Positions 48,857-58,238 of a DNA stretch of 64,000 bases are shown one piece after another. The stretch is from the NCBI GenBank assembly GCA_964428845.1, contig CAYRZH010000001.1, positions 138,990 to 202,989 on the forward strand, in the 5' to 3' direction. This DNA is from an uncultured Candidatus Saccharibacteria bacterium (GTDB taxonomy: Bacteria; Patescibacteriota; Minisyncoccia; Phycocordibacterales; DATGWK01). The position numbers were made by a program, and so were the translations under genes. The notes beneath the pieces are model-generated. The model did no database searches. It was not told where the DNA came from and worked only from the letters and a program-made list of their open reading frames with translations. The stretch's first letter is position 1, and each line of letters starts with the position of its first letter.

Positions 48857-49564
48857 ATGCAATACATCTGGTTAATCTGGAGCTTAATATTGATTGCTAT
48901 CTGGCTGGCCGTTTACATTTCTCTTCGTTCGGATAGCCAGAAAGAAGAGATGCTCATGGTCAGCTTGTGGACATCGCTTCTCGGACTAACTGAGCCTCTT
49001 TTCGTGCCAGAATACTGGTCGCCGCCGTCTTTGTTTGATTTGGCAATGCGGACAGGATTTGATATTGAAAGTTTGATCTTTTCATTTGGTATAGGAGGTC
49101 TTGCGGTTATTTTATACAGCAGAATTTTCCGGAGACAAGATATGTCAATGTCTACCAAAGAGCACCACCTGCCTCGGCACAGATTTCACCTATGGGCACT
49201 TGCATCCGCACCGGTTGTTCTTATTGTGTTATTGCTAGCAACCAGCTTAGATCCTTTGCACTCCTCGATCATTGCTATGGTCGTGGGAGGACTGGCCACC
49301 TGGTATTGCCGGCCGGATTTAAAGAAGAAGATGATCACAAGCGCGTTTATATTTTTAGCTCTTTACTTTTTTTACTTCCTGACGCTTATTGCCATATCGC
49401 CAGGCTATGTCGAGCAGGTCTGGAATCTAGAAGATATTTCAGGAATTTTAATAATTGGAATTCCCCTTGAGGAACTGCTGTTCGCCTTGAGCTTCGGTTT
49501 TATCTGGTCGAGTATTTATGAACATCTTACCTGGAAAAAATTAAAATTATTAAAACAAACATAA
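48857..49564 (+). CDS. Lycopene-cyclase-domain membrane protein
   Basis: Two repeated membrane halves; GIPLEELLF motif. Confidence 0.75.
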   Translation: MQYIWLIWSLILIAIWLAVYISLRSDSQKEEMLMVSLWTSLLGLTEPLFVPEYWSPPSLFDLAMRTGFDIESLIFSFGIGGLAVILYSRIFRRQDMSMSTKEHHLPRHRFHLWALASAPVVLIVLLLATSLDPLHSSIIAMVVGGLATWYCRPDLKKKMITSAFIFLALYFFYFLTLIAISPGYVEQVWNLEDISGILIIGIPLEELLFALSFGFIWSSIYEHLTWKKLKLLKQT

Positions 49565-49568
49565 ATTT

Positions 49569-49745
49569 ATGGACAACAAAAATCACAATCAAAAAGTCGA
49601 GGAGAAATTACATAAATGTCCGGAATGCGGTTTGTATTATGAAGACAAATCTCAGATGGAAAAATGCAAAGTATGGTGCAAAGAACATCACAGTTGTAAT
49701 TTAGAAATTACAAGCTATGCCATTGAAAATAAGCAAAATAAATAA
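49569..49745 (+). CDS. 58-aa Cys/His zinc-finger-like microprotein (absent from ORF track)
   Basis: KCPECGLYY..KC..WC.EHHSCNLEI. Confidence 0.75.
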   Translation: MDNKNHNQKVEEKLHKCPECGLYYEDKSQMEKCKVWCKEHHSCNLEITSYAIENKQNK

Positions 49746-49746
49746 T

Positions 49747-51987
49747 ATGGAGAATCATAATCATCATAAAATTCAAGAAAAAGAGGGAGTGGTTTATACC
49801 TGCCCAATGCATCCTGAAGTACAGCAGGATCGACCTGGCACTTGTCCAAAATGCGGCATGAGTCTTGTTAAGGCTGAAGTAAAAACTGATCACAGTGCTC
49901 ACGCTGGGCATGTGATGGGTGATGTGTCCAAAATGGGTTTCTGGGAGAAATTCAAAATGAGCATGTCGATGACTATGGGCATGGATCACACGGGTCTTGC
50001 AGGACGGGAGATGGCGCGACTCATGGAGATAGATATTAGAAACAAGTTCTTTTTTTCACTCATTCTGACGCTTCCCATAATTCTATATTCTCCTCTAGGT
50101 ACTGAGTTTCTTAAACTCAATCTTCCATCGCCAATAGCCCTTCCTTGGCTTCTCTTTATTCTAACAACGCCAGTATTCTTTTATTCCGGATGGATTTTTC
50201 TATACTCAACATATTTCGCTCTGAAAAGTAAAATGCTGAACATGGCCGTGCTTATTGCTGTCGGCATTACGGCGGCCTACGGCTTCAGTGTCTTACTAAC
50301 CTTAACTGGTAGTACAGACTCATACTACGAAGCGGCCGCTATGCTTATTACCTTTGTCTTGTTCGGCCACTGGATGGAGATGAAATCACGGCGCGGAACG
50401 ACGGATGCCCTTCAAGCACTTTTCAATCTTGTACCGCCTCAAGCAAGATTATTTAAGGACGGCAAAGAGATAATGGTTTCTACTTCCGATATACAACTCG
50501 GCGACATCATTATTCTTAAACCGGGAGACAAGGTTCCTGTTGATGGTGAAATTATTGAGGGAGAAACAGCTATTGATGAATCCCTGGTTACCGGAGAATC
50601 AATTCCTACCACTAAAAAGATTGGAGATCAGGTAATTGGTGGATCAATCAACACGGCTGGGTCAGTAAAATTTAAAGCAACAAAAATCGGCAAGGATACC
50701 GCTCTTGCTCGAATTGTAGCGATGGTTGAAAAAGCGCAGAATTCAAAAGCCCCGGGGCAGAGACTTGCCGACAGATTTGCCAAGTATTTGGTTATTGGGG
50801 CTATTGGATCAGGACTTCTCGTATTTATTATTTGGTACTTTATAGTCGGCGTGCCGATTATGCTGGCATTGTCCTTTGCCATCGCTACGGTTGTAATCGC
50901 CTGTCCTGATGCTCTTGGACTAGCCACTCCAACAGCTGTTGCAGTTGGGACCGGTCTTGGTGCAAAACATAACATTCTTATTAAAGACGCGCCGACGCTT
51001 GAACAAGTCTCAAAAATTCAGGCGATCGTGCTCGATAAAACAGGTACGCTCACCGAAGGAAAACCGAAGGTAACCGATATAGCTACTGCGGATGGCTTTG
51101 ATGCAGACGAGGTACTTCGTTTGGTTGGCGCGGCAGAGGCAAAATCGTCTCACCCTTTAGCAGGCGCTGTACTTGATGAATTAAAATCTCGCAAACTCGA
51201 ATTACCACAAAGCGTTGAAAAATTTGAAAACTTATCCGGTCTTGGGGTAAAAGCTATCGTTGAAAATAAAAATATCCTTGTCGGGACAGTTAAGTTGATG
51301 AGGGAGAATAAAATAGAGCTTGGCAAGCTTGAGCAAAAGATTAATGAGTTTTTGGACCGGGGAGAAACCATTATGGTTCTTGCTGTTGATGGTGCAATAA
51401 AAGCAGTCATAGGAGCTGCCGATCCAATAAAGCCAACTGCGAAAGAAGCGATAAAAAAGATGAAAGATTTGGGAATTGAAATAGCAATGATTACTGGTGA
51501 CAACAAGACAACTGCAGAAAAGGTGGCACAACAGATCGGTATAGAACGAGTTTTTTCCGAAGTGATGCCCGAGGATAAAGCAAGCTATGTGAAGAAGCTT
51601 CAAAGCGAGGGAAAATTCACAGCAATGGTTGGCGACGGGGTTAATGACGCCCCGGCGCTTGCCCAAGCTGATGTGGGCATCGCTATTGGTGCTGGTACGG
51701 ATGTCGCTATTGAAACGGCAAAAGTAGTTCTGATGAAATCAGATCCTGCGGATATCCTTCGAGCTATAATCCTCTCCAAGGCGACCATCCGCAAAATGAA
51801 GCAGAATCTTTTCTGGGCTTCGATATATAACATTCTTGCAATACCAGTTGCCGGAGGAATTCTATATCCTAATTTCGGTATTATGCTCCGTCCAGAATTC
51901 GCTGCTCTTCTTATGAGTGTGTCCTCGATCATTGTTGCTGTTAACGCGGTATTACTCAAACGAGTCGAGAAGGATTTAATGGCGTAA
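49747..51987 (+). CDS. copA: Copper-translocating P1B-type ATPase
   Basis: YTCPMHP..CPKCGM metal domain, TGES, CPDALGLATP, DKTGTLT, HP, GDGVNDAPAL, YN and MSVSS. Confidence 0.93.
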   Translation: MENHNHHKIQEKEGVVYTCPMHPEVQQDRPGTCPKCGMSLVKAEVKTDHSAHAGHVMGDVSKMGFWEKFKMSMSMTMGMDHTGLAGREMARLMEIDIRNKFFFSLILTLPIILYSPLGTEFLKLNLPSPIALPWLLFILTTPVFFYSGWIFLYSTYFALKSKMLNMAVLIAVGITAAYGFSVLLTLTGSTDSYYEAAAMLITFVLFGHWMEMKSRRGTTDALQALFNLVPPQARLFKDGKEIMVSTSDIQLGDIIILKPGDKVPVDGEIIEGETAIDESLVTGESIPTTKKIGDQVIGGSINTAGSVKFKATKIGKDTALARIVAMVEKAQNSKAPGQRLADRFAKYLVIGAIGSGLLVFIIWYFIVGVPIMLALSFAIATVVIACPDALGLATPTAVAVGTGLGAKHNILIKDAPTLEQVSKIQAIVLDKTGTLTEGKPKVTDIATADGFDADEVLRLVGAAEAKSSHPLAGAVLDELKSRKLELPQSVEKFENLSGLGVKAIVENKNILVGTVKLMRENKIELGKLEQKINEFLDRGETIMVLAVDGAIKAVIGAADPIKPTAKEAIKKMKDLGIEIAMITGDNKTTAEKVAQQIGIERVFSEVMPEDKASYVKKLQSEGKFTAMVGDGVNDAPALAQADVGIAIGAGTDVAIETAKVVLMKSDPADILRAIILSKATIRKMKQNLFWASIYNILAIPVAGGILYPNFGIMLRPEFAALLMSVSSIIVAVNAVLLKRVEKDLMA

Positions 51988-52009
51988 ATAATATAAAATT
52001 AATAAATTT

Positions 52010-52369
52010 ATGAAAAATAAATCAATTCTACTCATACAAATAGGTCTTGCGGCGGTATTTCTCGCCAATGCTCTTACGGTAATATTTAACCCCGAAGAAT
52101 TTATTGAGATTATAGAGAATTCTTTTATTGGAGTTCTCATCCCATCTGGGATCGCACTAACAATTATTGCTATAAATGACGGCTTGATGACACTTCTTAT
52201 TCTTTTTAGTAGGAAGTGGCGACAGTTAATTTTTGGCTGGGCGATTATCTGGATTGTGGTTGTGCTGATTGCAATCGGTAAGCCACTGGATATTCTTGAG
52301 GAGTCGGCATTCCTTTTTATGGCAATTGCTTTGTTCTTTGAAGCAAAAAATTATAAATTAAACAATTAA
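52010..52369 (+). CDS. Small membrane protein (DoxX-like)
   Basis: Four hydrophobic segments. Confidence 0.6.
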   Translation: MKNKSILLIQIGLAAVFLANALTVIFNPEEFIEIIENSFIGVLIPSGIALTIIAINDGLMTLLILFSRKWRQLIFGWAIIWIVVVLIAIGKPLDILEESAFLFMAIALFFEAKNYKLNN

Positions 52370-52374
52370 ATCAT

Positions 52375-53979
52375 ATGAAAAATAAACTAATCTTGGGAAT
52401 CATTGCGGTCGTAATCGTTATCGGTGGAATTGTCATTCTGCAGCGGGGAGATTCGGGCAACAAAGTAAGTGCCGGTACTTTTTCTACTGATATTGCTGGT
52501 CTGCCAGAGGCAAAATCATCTGAGACAGTCAAGCTTAAAAATGGCGATACGTATAACATGACCGCCTCAATCGTAAAGAAAACAATCGGTAATAGCGTGG
52601 TTAAAATGCTTGCCTACAATGGAATGATCCCAGGACCCTTGATCAAGGTGGAGCAAGGCGCAGAGGTTACTTTGAATTTCACCAATAATACTGATGTTGA
52701 TACCACAATTCACTCGCACGGCGTACGTCTTGAGAACAAATTCGATGGTGTACCAGATGTAACCCAGAAAGAAGTTAAGCCGGGCGAATCATTCACTTAC
52801 AAGATCAAGTTCCCTGATGAAGGTATGTACTGGTATCATCCGCACATTCGGGAAGACTATGCTCAAGAGCTTGGTCTCTACGGCAACTACCTTGTCGTGC
52901 CGAATGATCCCAACTATTGGTCACCGGTTAATCGTGAAGTCGCGCTGTTCGTAGATGACATCCTGATGGAAAATGGCAAAATCGCGACGTTCAGCAAGGC
53001 GTCTGCTGATCGTACTCTCATGGGTCGGTTTGGCAACACTATGCTCGTGAATGGCGAAACAGATTATGCACTTACCGCCAAGACGGGAGAAGTGATCCGC
53101 TTCTACATCACCAACTCGGCAAATACAAGAACGTTCAATCTTTCCATCCCCGGCGCAAAGATGAAGCTTGTGGGTGCTGATGGCGGCAAGTACGAGCGCG
53201 AGACTTGGAGCGATGGCGTGATATTGAGTCCTTCCGAACGTACCATTGTCGAGGTGCTATTTGCGAACGCTGGATCATACACGCTTCAGCACAAAACTCC
53301 GGAGAAAACTTACACGCTCGGAATAATCACTGTTGCGAATGAGAAAGTTAGCACTTCGTTCGAGAAAGAGTTTCTAACGCTCCGTTCGAATAAAGACATT
53401 CAATCAGAGATTGATGCATTCAGGTTGTCCTTCGATAAGCCAGCAGACAAACGTCTAAAGCTCACGATTGATATGGGTATGCAAATGCAGGGCATGATGC
53501 AAAGTAACACTGGCGGTCACAACATGAACATGATGGGCAATAATCAGATGATGTCCAACAGTGAAATGGTAGCAAGCGGTGATCCTATCGAATGGGAAGA
53601 AAACAATGCGGCGATGAATACTATGTCGAATCCGGAAATGATGAAGTGGGTTATCCAAGACGAAGACACCGGCAAGAAAAATATGGATATTGATTGGAAA
53701 TTCAAAGTCGGAGACAAAGTAAAAATCAAAATCACCAATGATCCGAACTCCATGCACCCAATGCAACACCCCATCCACTTCCACGGCCAACGATTCTTAG
53801 TGCTCTCAACAAACGGCAAACCAAATGACAATCTTGTGTGGAAAGATACCGCTCTTATTCCGAATGGCGACACGATTGAGATCCTCCTCGATGTTACAAA
53901 CCCCGGTGAATGGATGGCACACTGTCACATTGCCGAGCATTTGGAAGCAAGTATGATGTTTGGCTTCAAGGTCGAGTAA
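52375..53979 (+). CDS. Multicopper oxidase (CueO/laccase-like)
   Basis: HSHG, WYHPH, HPIHFHG, HCHIAEHLEASM; Met-rich insert. Confidence 0.95.
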   Translation: MKNKLILGIIAVVIVIGGIVILQRGDSGNKVSAGTFSTDIAGLPEAKSSETVKLKNGDTYNMTASIVKKTIGNSVVKMLAYNGMIPGPLIKVEQGAEVTLNFTNNTDVDTTIHSHGVRLENKFDGVPDVTQKEVKPGESFTYKIKFPDEGMYWYHPHIREDYAQELGLYGNYLVVPNDPNYWSPVNREVALFVDDILMENGKIATFSKASADRTLMGRFGNTMLVNGETDYALTAKTGEVIRFYITNSANTRTFNLSIPGAKMKLVGADGGKYERETWSDGVILSPSERTIVEVLFANAGSYTLQHKTPEKTYTLGIITVANEKVSTSFEKEFLTLRSNKDIQSEIDAFRLSFDKPADKRLKLTIDMGMQMQGMMQSNTGGHNMNMMGNNQMMSNSEMVASGDPIEWEENNAAMNTMSNPEMMKWVIQDEDTGKKNMDIDWKFKVGDKVKIKITNDPNSMHPMQHPIHFHGQRFLVLSTNGKPNDNLVWKDTALIPNGDTIEILLDVTNPGEWMAHCHIAEHLEASMMFGFKVE

Positions 53980-54005
53980 AAGCTCGTCACAAAGGCAACC
54001 AAAGG

Positions 54006-54041
54006 GCAAATAGGGCTCTTAAAAGAGTCCTATTGCTTTTC
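54006..54041 (+). terminator. Intrinsic terminator ending the copper operon
   Basis: gcaaatagggctctt/aagagtcctattgc then tttt. Confidence 0.75.
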
Positions 54042-54133
54042 TCAATGTGCTTAATATTTGTAATTATAGGACTAATAATATAGCTATCTCTTGAGTTGAA
54101 AGGATGAGCGTTTTTTGTTAAGATGAATGGCTT

Positions 54134-55309
54134 ATGAACATAATAATTTCGTTGGTTATCGGGGGTATTCTGATGGCATCTGTACCCCTCATTAGTTCAA
54201 AAATTTCAATTAGCGAATCAAAACAAGAAGACCAAACAGAACAAGCTAAAAATACGGATCAGAAAAAGGTCGCCGAGTATAAAATACAATCCGGCGACAC
54301 TTTTACAAGTATTTTAGGGTCTTTCCAAATACCTTATGATCAGGCGTTGGCGATAATCAACTCCTCAAAAGAGGCATTTGATTTTACTAAAATTCAGGCA
54401 GGCAGAGTTATTAAGCTGATCTTTATCAACGAGGCTTTTGCTTCGATGGAATATCCGCTTACGAGCGAAACAGTTGTTATTGTAGTAAAGGAAGACGACT
54501 CTTTTAAAGCGACCACAAAACCTATTCCGTATCAAATAAAAGATGTAGCCGCAAATGGAACTATAAGCGATTCACTTTTCGTTTCAGCTCAAAACGCCGG
54601 CATTGAGGATAAAATTACTATGGAGCTTGCCGATATATTCTCGAGTGATATCGACTTTGCTACTGATATCCGAAATGGTGATTCATTTTCTGTTGTCTAT
54701 GAAAAACGATCATTAGACAGCAAGGATGCCGGAGTTGGCAACGTATTGGCGGCTCGATTCATCAACAGCGGTACAACATATACAGCATTTCGTTACAACG
54801 ATAAATTCTATGACGAGGAAGGAAAATCTCTTGCTCGGCAGTTTCTTAAATCTCCCCTTAACTATGCTCAGATAAGTTCTGGCTATAGCTATAAGAGAAC
54901 AAACCCAGTGACTAAACAGGTCACTCCGCATCGTGCAATCGATTATGCCGCCGATACCGGTACTCCAGTTATTGCAACGGCCGATGGAAAAGTAACCACA
55001 GCAGGATCAAAGGGCGGACTTGGTATTACCGTGGAGTTGAAACATGGTAGTTATCTCACTCAATATGCTCATCTTTCAAAGATCGCTAAGGATATTAAAA
55101 ATGGTGCGGACGTAGTGCAAGGTGATGTAATTGGTTATGTAGGATCAACTGGCATTTCAACAGGCCCCCATTTACAGTACGCCATGTTTGAAAACGGCAG
55201 TCCACTCAACCCTCTTACCGCTGATTTTTCACGCGGAGAAGCAATAAAAGATTCCGAAATGACGACCTTTTCAGAAATCAAAGGTAAGTTCCAAAAGTTG
55301 CTAGATTAA
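54134..55309 (+). CDS. M23-family murein endopeptidase (MepM-like)
   Basis: HRAIDYAA..GTPV, YAHLS, VGSTGISTGPHLQY (HxH is HLQ). Confidence 0.9.
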   Translation: MNIIISLVIGGILMASVPLISSKISISESKQEDQTEQAKNTDQKKVAEYKIQSGDTFTSILGSFQIPYDQALAIINSSKEAFDFTKIQAGRVIKLIFINEAFASMEYPLTSETVVIVVKEDDSFKATTKPIPYQIKDVAANGTISDSLFVSAQNAGIEDKITMELADIFSSDIDFATDIRNGDSFSVVYEKRSLDSKDAGVGNVLAARFINSGTTYTAFRYNDKFYDEEGKSLARQFLKSPLNYAQISSGYSYKRTNPVTKQVTPHRAIDYAADTGTPVIATADGKVTTAGSKGGLGITVELKHGSYLTQYAHLSKIAKDIKNGADVVQGDVIGYVGSTGISTGPHLQYAMFENGSPLNPLTADFSRGEAIKDSEMTTFSEIKGKFQKLLD

Positions 55310-55375
55310 CTGGGTTTATTTATCTCAGCCTAGAAAATCTTACCTTTGCCCAATTAAGAAAATCGCGCCAAACTT

Positions 55376-55588
55376 ATGACTGACCGCACTTCTATTCCCC
55401 AAAATGATGATGACCTTACATCTCTTACCAAAGAGGCTCTTGCTGATATCCTAGGCCGAGAACCTACTCGGCAAGAGATTTTACGTGCTCATGCTGGATT
55501 TAAACGTATGGCCTTTGTGATGATGGAGCATTTAGAGAAGGAGAATAAGGAGGAAAAGAGCAACAAAAAGAGAAGGGCTAACGGATAG
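55376..55588 (+). CDS. Small protein, paralog of 56770-57048
   Basis: LT..ALAD.LGREP.RQE...HAGFKRMAF shared. Confidence 0.75.
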   Translation: MTDRTSIPQNDDDLTSLTKEALADILGREPTRQEILRAHAGFKRMAFVMMEHLEKENKEEKSNKKRRANG

Positions 55589-55618
55589 CCTCTTCGTTAT
55601 TTTCAATGAGCTGTGTTT

Positions 55619-55909
55619 CTAAAACAAGTGATTCGTACACATCAAACAAGCGCATACCACACAAGGGGCAGTTGGAAACGGCAATAGAAAAACAATCGAT
55701 AACTTTCCGAACCTTGGCTTTTTCGGAGCGATGTATCTTTCAGCAGGTTTTATGGTGATTTCAATCCTCGTTTTTATCTCGATCTCAAGAAGTTTCTGAC
55801 AGCTGGGACAACGCATCGTGAATGAAGCATTGGAATTGAATGCTCCGTTCTTGAAGACGATGTTCGTGCAATGCGGGCAATTGCCAATATTTAATGGTTC
55901 TTGTTCCAT
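55619..55909 (-). CDS. Zinc-ribbon protein (Com-like)
   Basis: CPHC..RCPSC; Cys-rich tail. Confidence 0.6.
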   Translation of the reverse strand: MEQEPLNIGNCPHCTNIVFKNGAFNSNASFTMRCPSCQKLLEIEIKTRIEITIKPAERYIAPKKPRFGKLSIVFLLPFPTAPCVVCACLMCTNHLF

Positions 55910-56034
55910 ATTATTCGCTGGGGGTTGCTGGTGCTTGGCGTTGATTCCGGAGCTTCAGAAACCTTTGATCATGGAATTAATTAATAAACGTTTCCGGTCG
56001 GGATCGACTACCTCCCGATCGGCTAACGGGCAAA

Positions 56035-56568
56035 TCAGGTGTCATTCATCGCCGTCCTCTTTGCTCCATTCATCGACATCTTTTCAACGAGCTTCGATTT
56101 CATCTCCCCCAAGTTATCCACAGTTTTTTCATCACGTGCGTAATTCTTTTTATTTAAATCTTTTTCTTTATTCTTGTTAGTAGTTCCGGCTGACTGATCT
56201 GACCGGTCTGTATGACCGATGTGCCGGTCTGACTGACCGAGCTTGTTTGAGGTCGGTCTGTGTGACCTATCTAGTTTCAGCAGGTAGTACACGTTGTGGT
56301 AGCGTTGTCGGCCCTTGCGGACGAGATCCAGTTTGATGAGTTCCCGGATACCTCTTTGCACGCTCGAGATGCTGGCTCCTATTTTGCTGGCAATATGCCT
56401 GTGGGACGGAAAGCAAAAACCCTCCTGGTTGGAGTACTCGGCTAGGCAGTTATAAATAGCGATGCCGATCGGACCCAGTGTGCTTCCGTATTCATCGAGA
56501 AGTACCTTGCTGATCCAATACCAGTCACCTTTACGTAGATCCCTGATTGTTATTTTTTCATCCGGCAT
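56035..56568 (-). CDS. Phage replication initiator-like HTH protein
   Basis: AIYNCL..CFPSHRHIA..S.SSVQRGIRELIKLDLV..NVYYL wHTH; internal iterons; start at MPDEK. Confidence 0.8.
   Translation of the reverse strand: MPDEKITIRDLRKGDWYWISKVLLDEYGSTLGPIGIAIYNCLAEYSNQEGFCFPSHRHIASKIGASISSVQRGIRELIKLDLVRKGRQRYHNVYYLLKLDRSHRPTSNKLGQSDRHIGHTDRSDQSAGTTNKNKEKDLNKKNYARDEKTVDNLGEMKSKLVEKMSMNGAKRTAMNDT
56114..56269. repeat. Putative replication origin inside the rep gene
   Basis: GGTC-N5-GACC iterons at ~56203, 56224 and 56253 (degenerate copy ~56186), AT-rich tract, DnaA box TTATCCACA at 56114-56122. Confidence 0.7.
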
Positions 56569-56769
56569 ACACGAAAAATAAAGGCGTGGTAGTCGACCGA
56601 AACTCCGACCGCGCCTTATCGCTCCTCTCAATGAGGTCACATGCCATTGAGGGGAGAGTAAGGCTCGGTCTACCATTCTCTAGATTTCGGCAGAGCACGA
56701 TCAATGTTATCCATCGCTCGGCAGAAGTCTCGTCGTGTAATTGGATTTTCAAGTTCCCGGATGGTGAAG

Positions 56770-57048
56770 TTAGTCAGCAGACTCTCCCTTCTCGCCAGCA
56801 GGTCTCTCCTCGTCGGTGGCTTCCGAGTCATCCGTTTCCACATCGTCCGGATAAGTCTCTTGATCAGGATTTTCGTTCTCATGTTTTTTGATTTGATCCA
56901 TGTGATCCAAAAGCATGAATGCCATACGCTTAAAGCCAGCGTGGACTTTCCAAACTTCTTGTCGGGACGGCTCTCGGCCGAGTACGTCGGCGAGCGCAGT
57001 GCGGGTAAGCTCGACGAGAGCTTCCTCATCTTTGTCTGGTTTGGACAT
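56770..57048 (-). CDS. Small phage early protein with acidic tail
   Basis: Between cro and rep; paralog of 55376-55588. Confidence 0.75.
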   Translation of the reverse strand: MSKPDKDEEALVELTRTALADVLGREPSRQEVWKVHAGFKRMAFMLLDHMDQIKKHENENPDQETYPDDVETDDSEATDEERPAGEKGESAD

Positions 57049-57102
57049 GCGGTGGTTTGGTTCATAGAAGTGACCTCACACTTTTATTGACCCCACCTTG
57101 CC

Positions 57103-57309
57103 TTACGGCAAGAAAACTTCCTCTACTCTGACTCCGAGAGCCAAAGCGATCCGCTGGGCAGTTTCGAGATTCGGACGCTTTCGTCCTGTCTCGTACCGGC
57201 TGATCGCAGTGTTGTGCTTAAAACCAAGAATTCGGGCTAGCTGGTATTGCGTTAGCCCCTTCTTGATCCGAAGGTCGCGGAGTTTTATATTCACTGGTGA
57301 TTTGTTCAT
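57103..57309 (-). CDS. Cro-like XRE HTH regulator
   Basis: LR..KGLTQ..LA..LG..ISRYETG..PNL. Confidence 0.9.
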   Translation of the reverse strand: MNKSPVNIKLRDLRIKKGLTQYQLARILGFKHNTAISRYETGRKRPNLETAQRIALALGVRVEEVFLP

Positions 57310-57337
57310 AAATTTACTTTTAGACCCCTACAGTCAT

Positions 57338-57455
57338 ATTAAGCAAAAATGCTTAATTGGTCAATATAGGAGCTTGTGGATAAGCAAAGTTGCTTAATAT
57401 TTACTAATTTGCTATACTAAGCCTATAAGGTCGCAGTTATTGGATTAAGCAAAAT
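57338..57455. promoter_or_regulatory. cI/cro operator region
   Basis: Palindromes ATTAAGCA-AAAA-TGCTTAAT (57338-57357) and TAAGCAA-AG-TTGCTTA (57381-57396); half-site at 57444. Confidence 0.75.
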
Positions 57456-57463
57456 CAACAAAT

Positions 57464-58183
57464 ATGTCATTTGGTTCATATCTAAAAAAGCAAAGAGAGT
57501 CGCATAATTGGACAATAAAAGAGATAGCTGAACGGCTCGGGTTTTCGTCGAGCTACATCAGCCAGCTCGAAAATGGGGCGCGTATCCCGTCCCAGAAACA
57601 GCTCGCTACTTTTGCTAAGGCCTACGAACTTCCGGAGGAAGAAGTGAGGCAGCATTGGACTGAGGGTAAAATCCAGCAGGTCAGCAAGGAAGGAAAATAT
57701 AAATTTGATATTAAAGATGTCGGCGAGAAGCAGGTGCAGGAAGCCACAAGCAAACTCGAACAGGGGCTCGAAGAATTGAGAAAAAGTTTCTCAACTGACG
57801 GCGGTCATTTTAAATTGCCGGTGCTCGTAGCGATCCCTATTGATGATCTCGACGGTCATCTGAGTCGAACGAGCGACTTCGTTATGATGCCGAAGGAGTC
57901 GATCATTCCCGGTCACCGAGTGTATGGAGTTCGAGTGTCGGAGCATCCTTTGCCGGATGCTGGCATTCTTGCCGGAGATTTTATTATCCTCGATGCCGAT
58001 GTTGCTCCAAAAAACGGCGACATTGTCATCATGAGCACTCCTGATGGCTTGACTATGACCTATTACCACGAACGAGGGGATCACTTGGAAATTCGGCCGG
58101 AGAAAGAAGGTCTTAAGAAATCTTATCCTCTGAGTGAGGCCAAGATGTTAGGAAGGCTCATATATCACATAAAAAAATATTAA
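57464..58183 (+). CDS. CI-like repressor (XRE HTH + degenerate S24 domain)
   Basis: N-terminal HTH; AGI.AGD and NGDIV S24 scaffold; divergent from cro. Confidence 0.88.
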   Translation: MSFGSYLKKQRESHNWTIKEIAERLGFSSSYISQLENGARIPSQKQLATFAKAYELPEEEVRQHWTEGKIQQVSKEGKYKFDIKDVGEKQVQEATSKLEQGLEELRKSFSTDGGHFKLPVLVAIPIDDLDGHLSRTSDFVMMPKESIIPGHRVYGVRVSEHPLPDAGILAGDFIILDADVAPKNGDIVIMSTPDGLTMTYYHERGDHLEIRPEKEGLKKSYPLSEAKMLGRLIYHIKKY

Positions 58184-58188
58184 TCGCC

Positions 58189-58212
58189 AGGGCTCTCCAA
58201 ACGGAGAGCCCT
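58189..58212. terminator. Hairpin between cI and the recombinase
   Basis: agggctctcc-aaac-ggagagccct; no strong T-tract. Confidence 0.55.
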
Positions 58213-58238
58213 CAAGCTATCTAACGAAAAAACAAATT

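Noticed and set aside
54048-54059. tgcttaatattt matching the cI/cro operator upstream of the M23 gene
   Set aside because: Half-site only in AT-rich DNA; chance match is plausible
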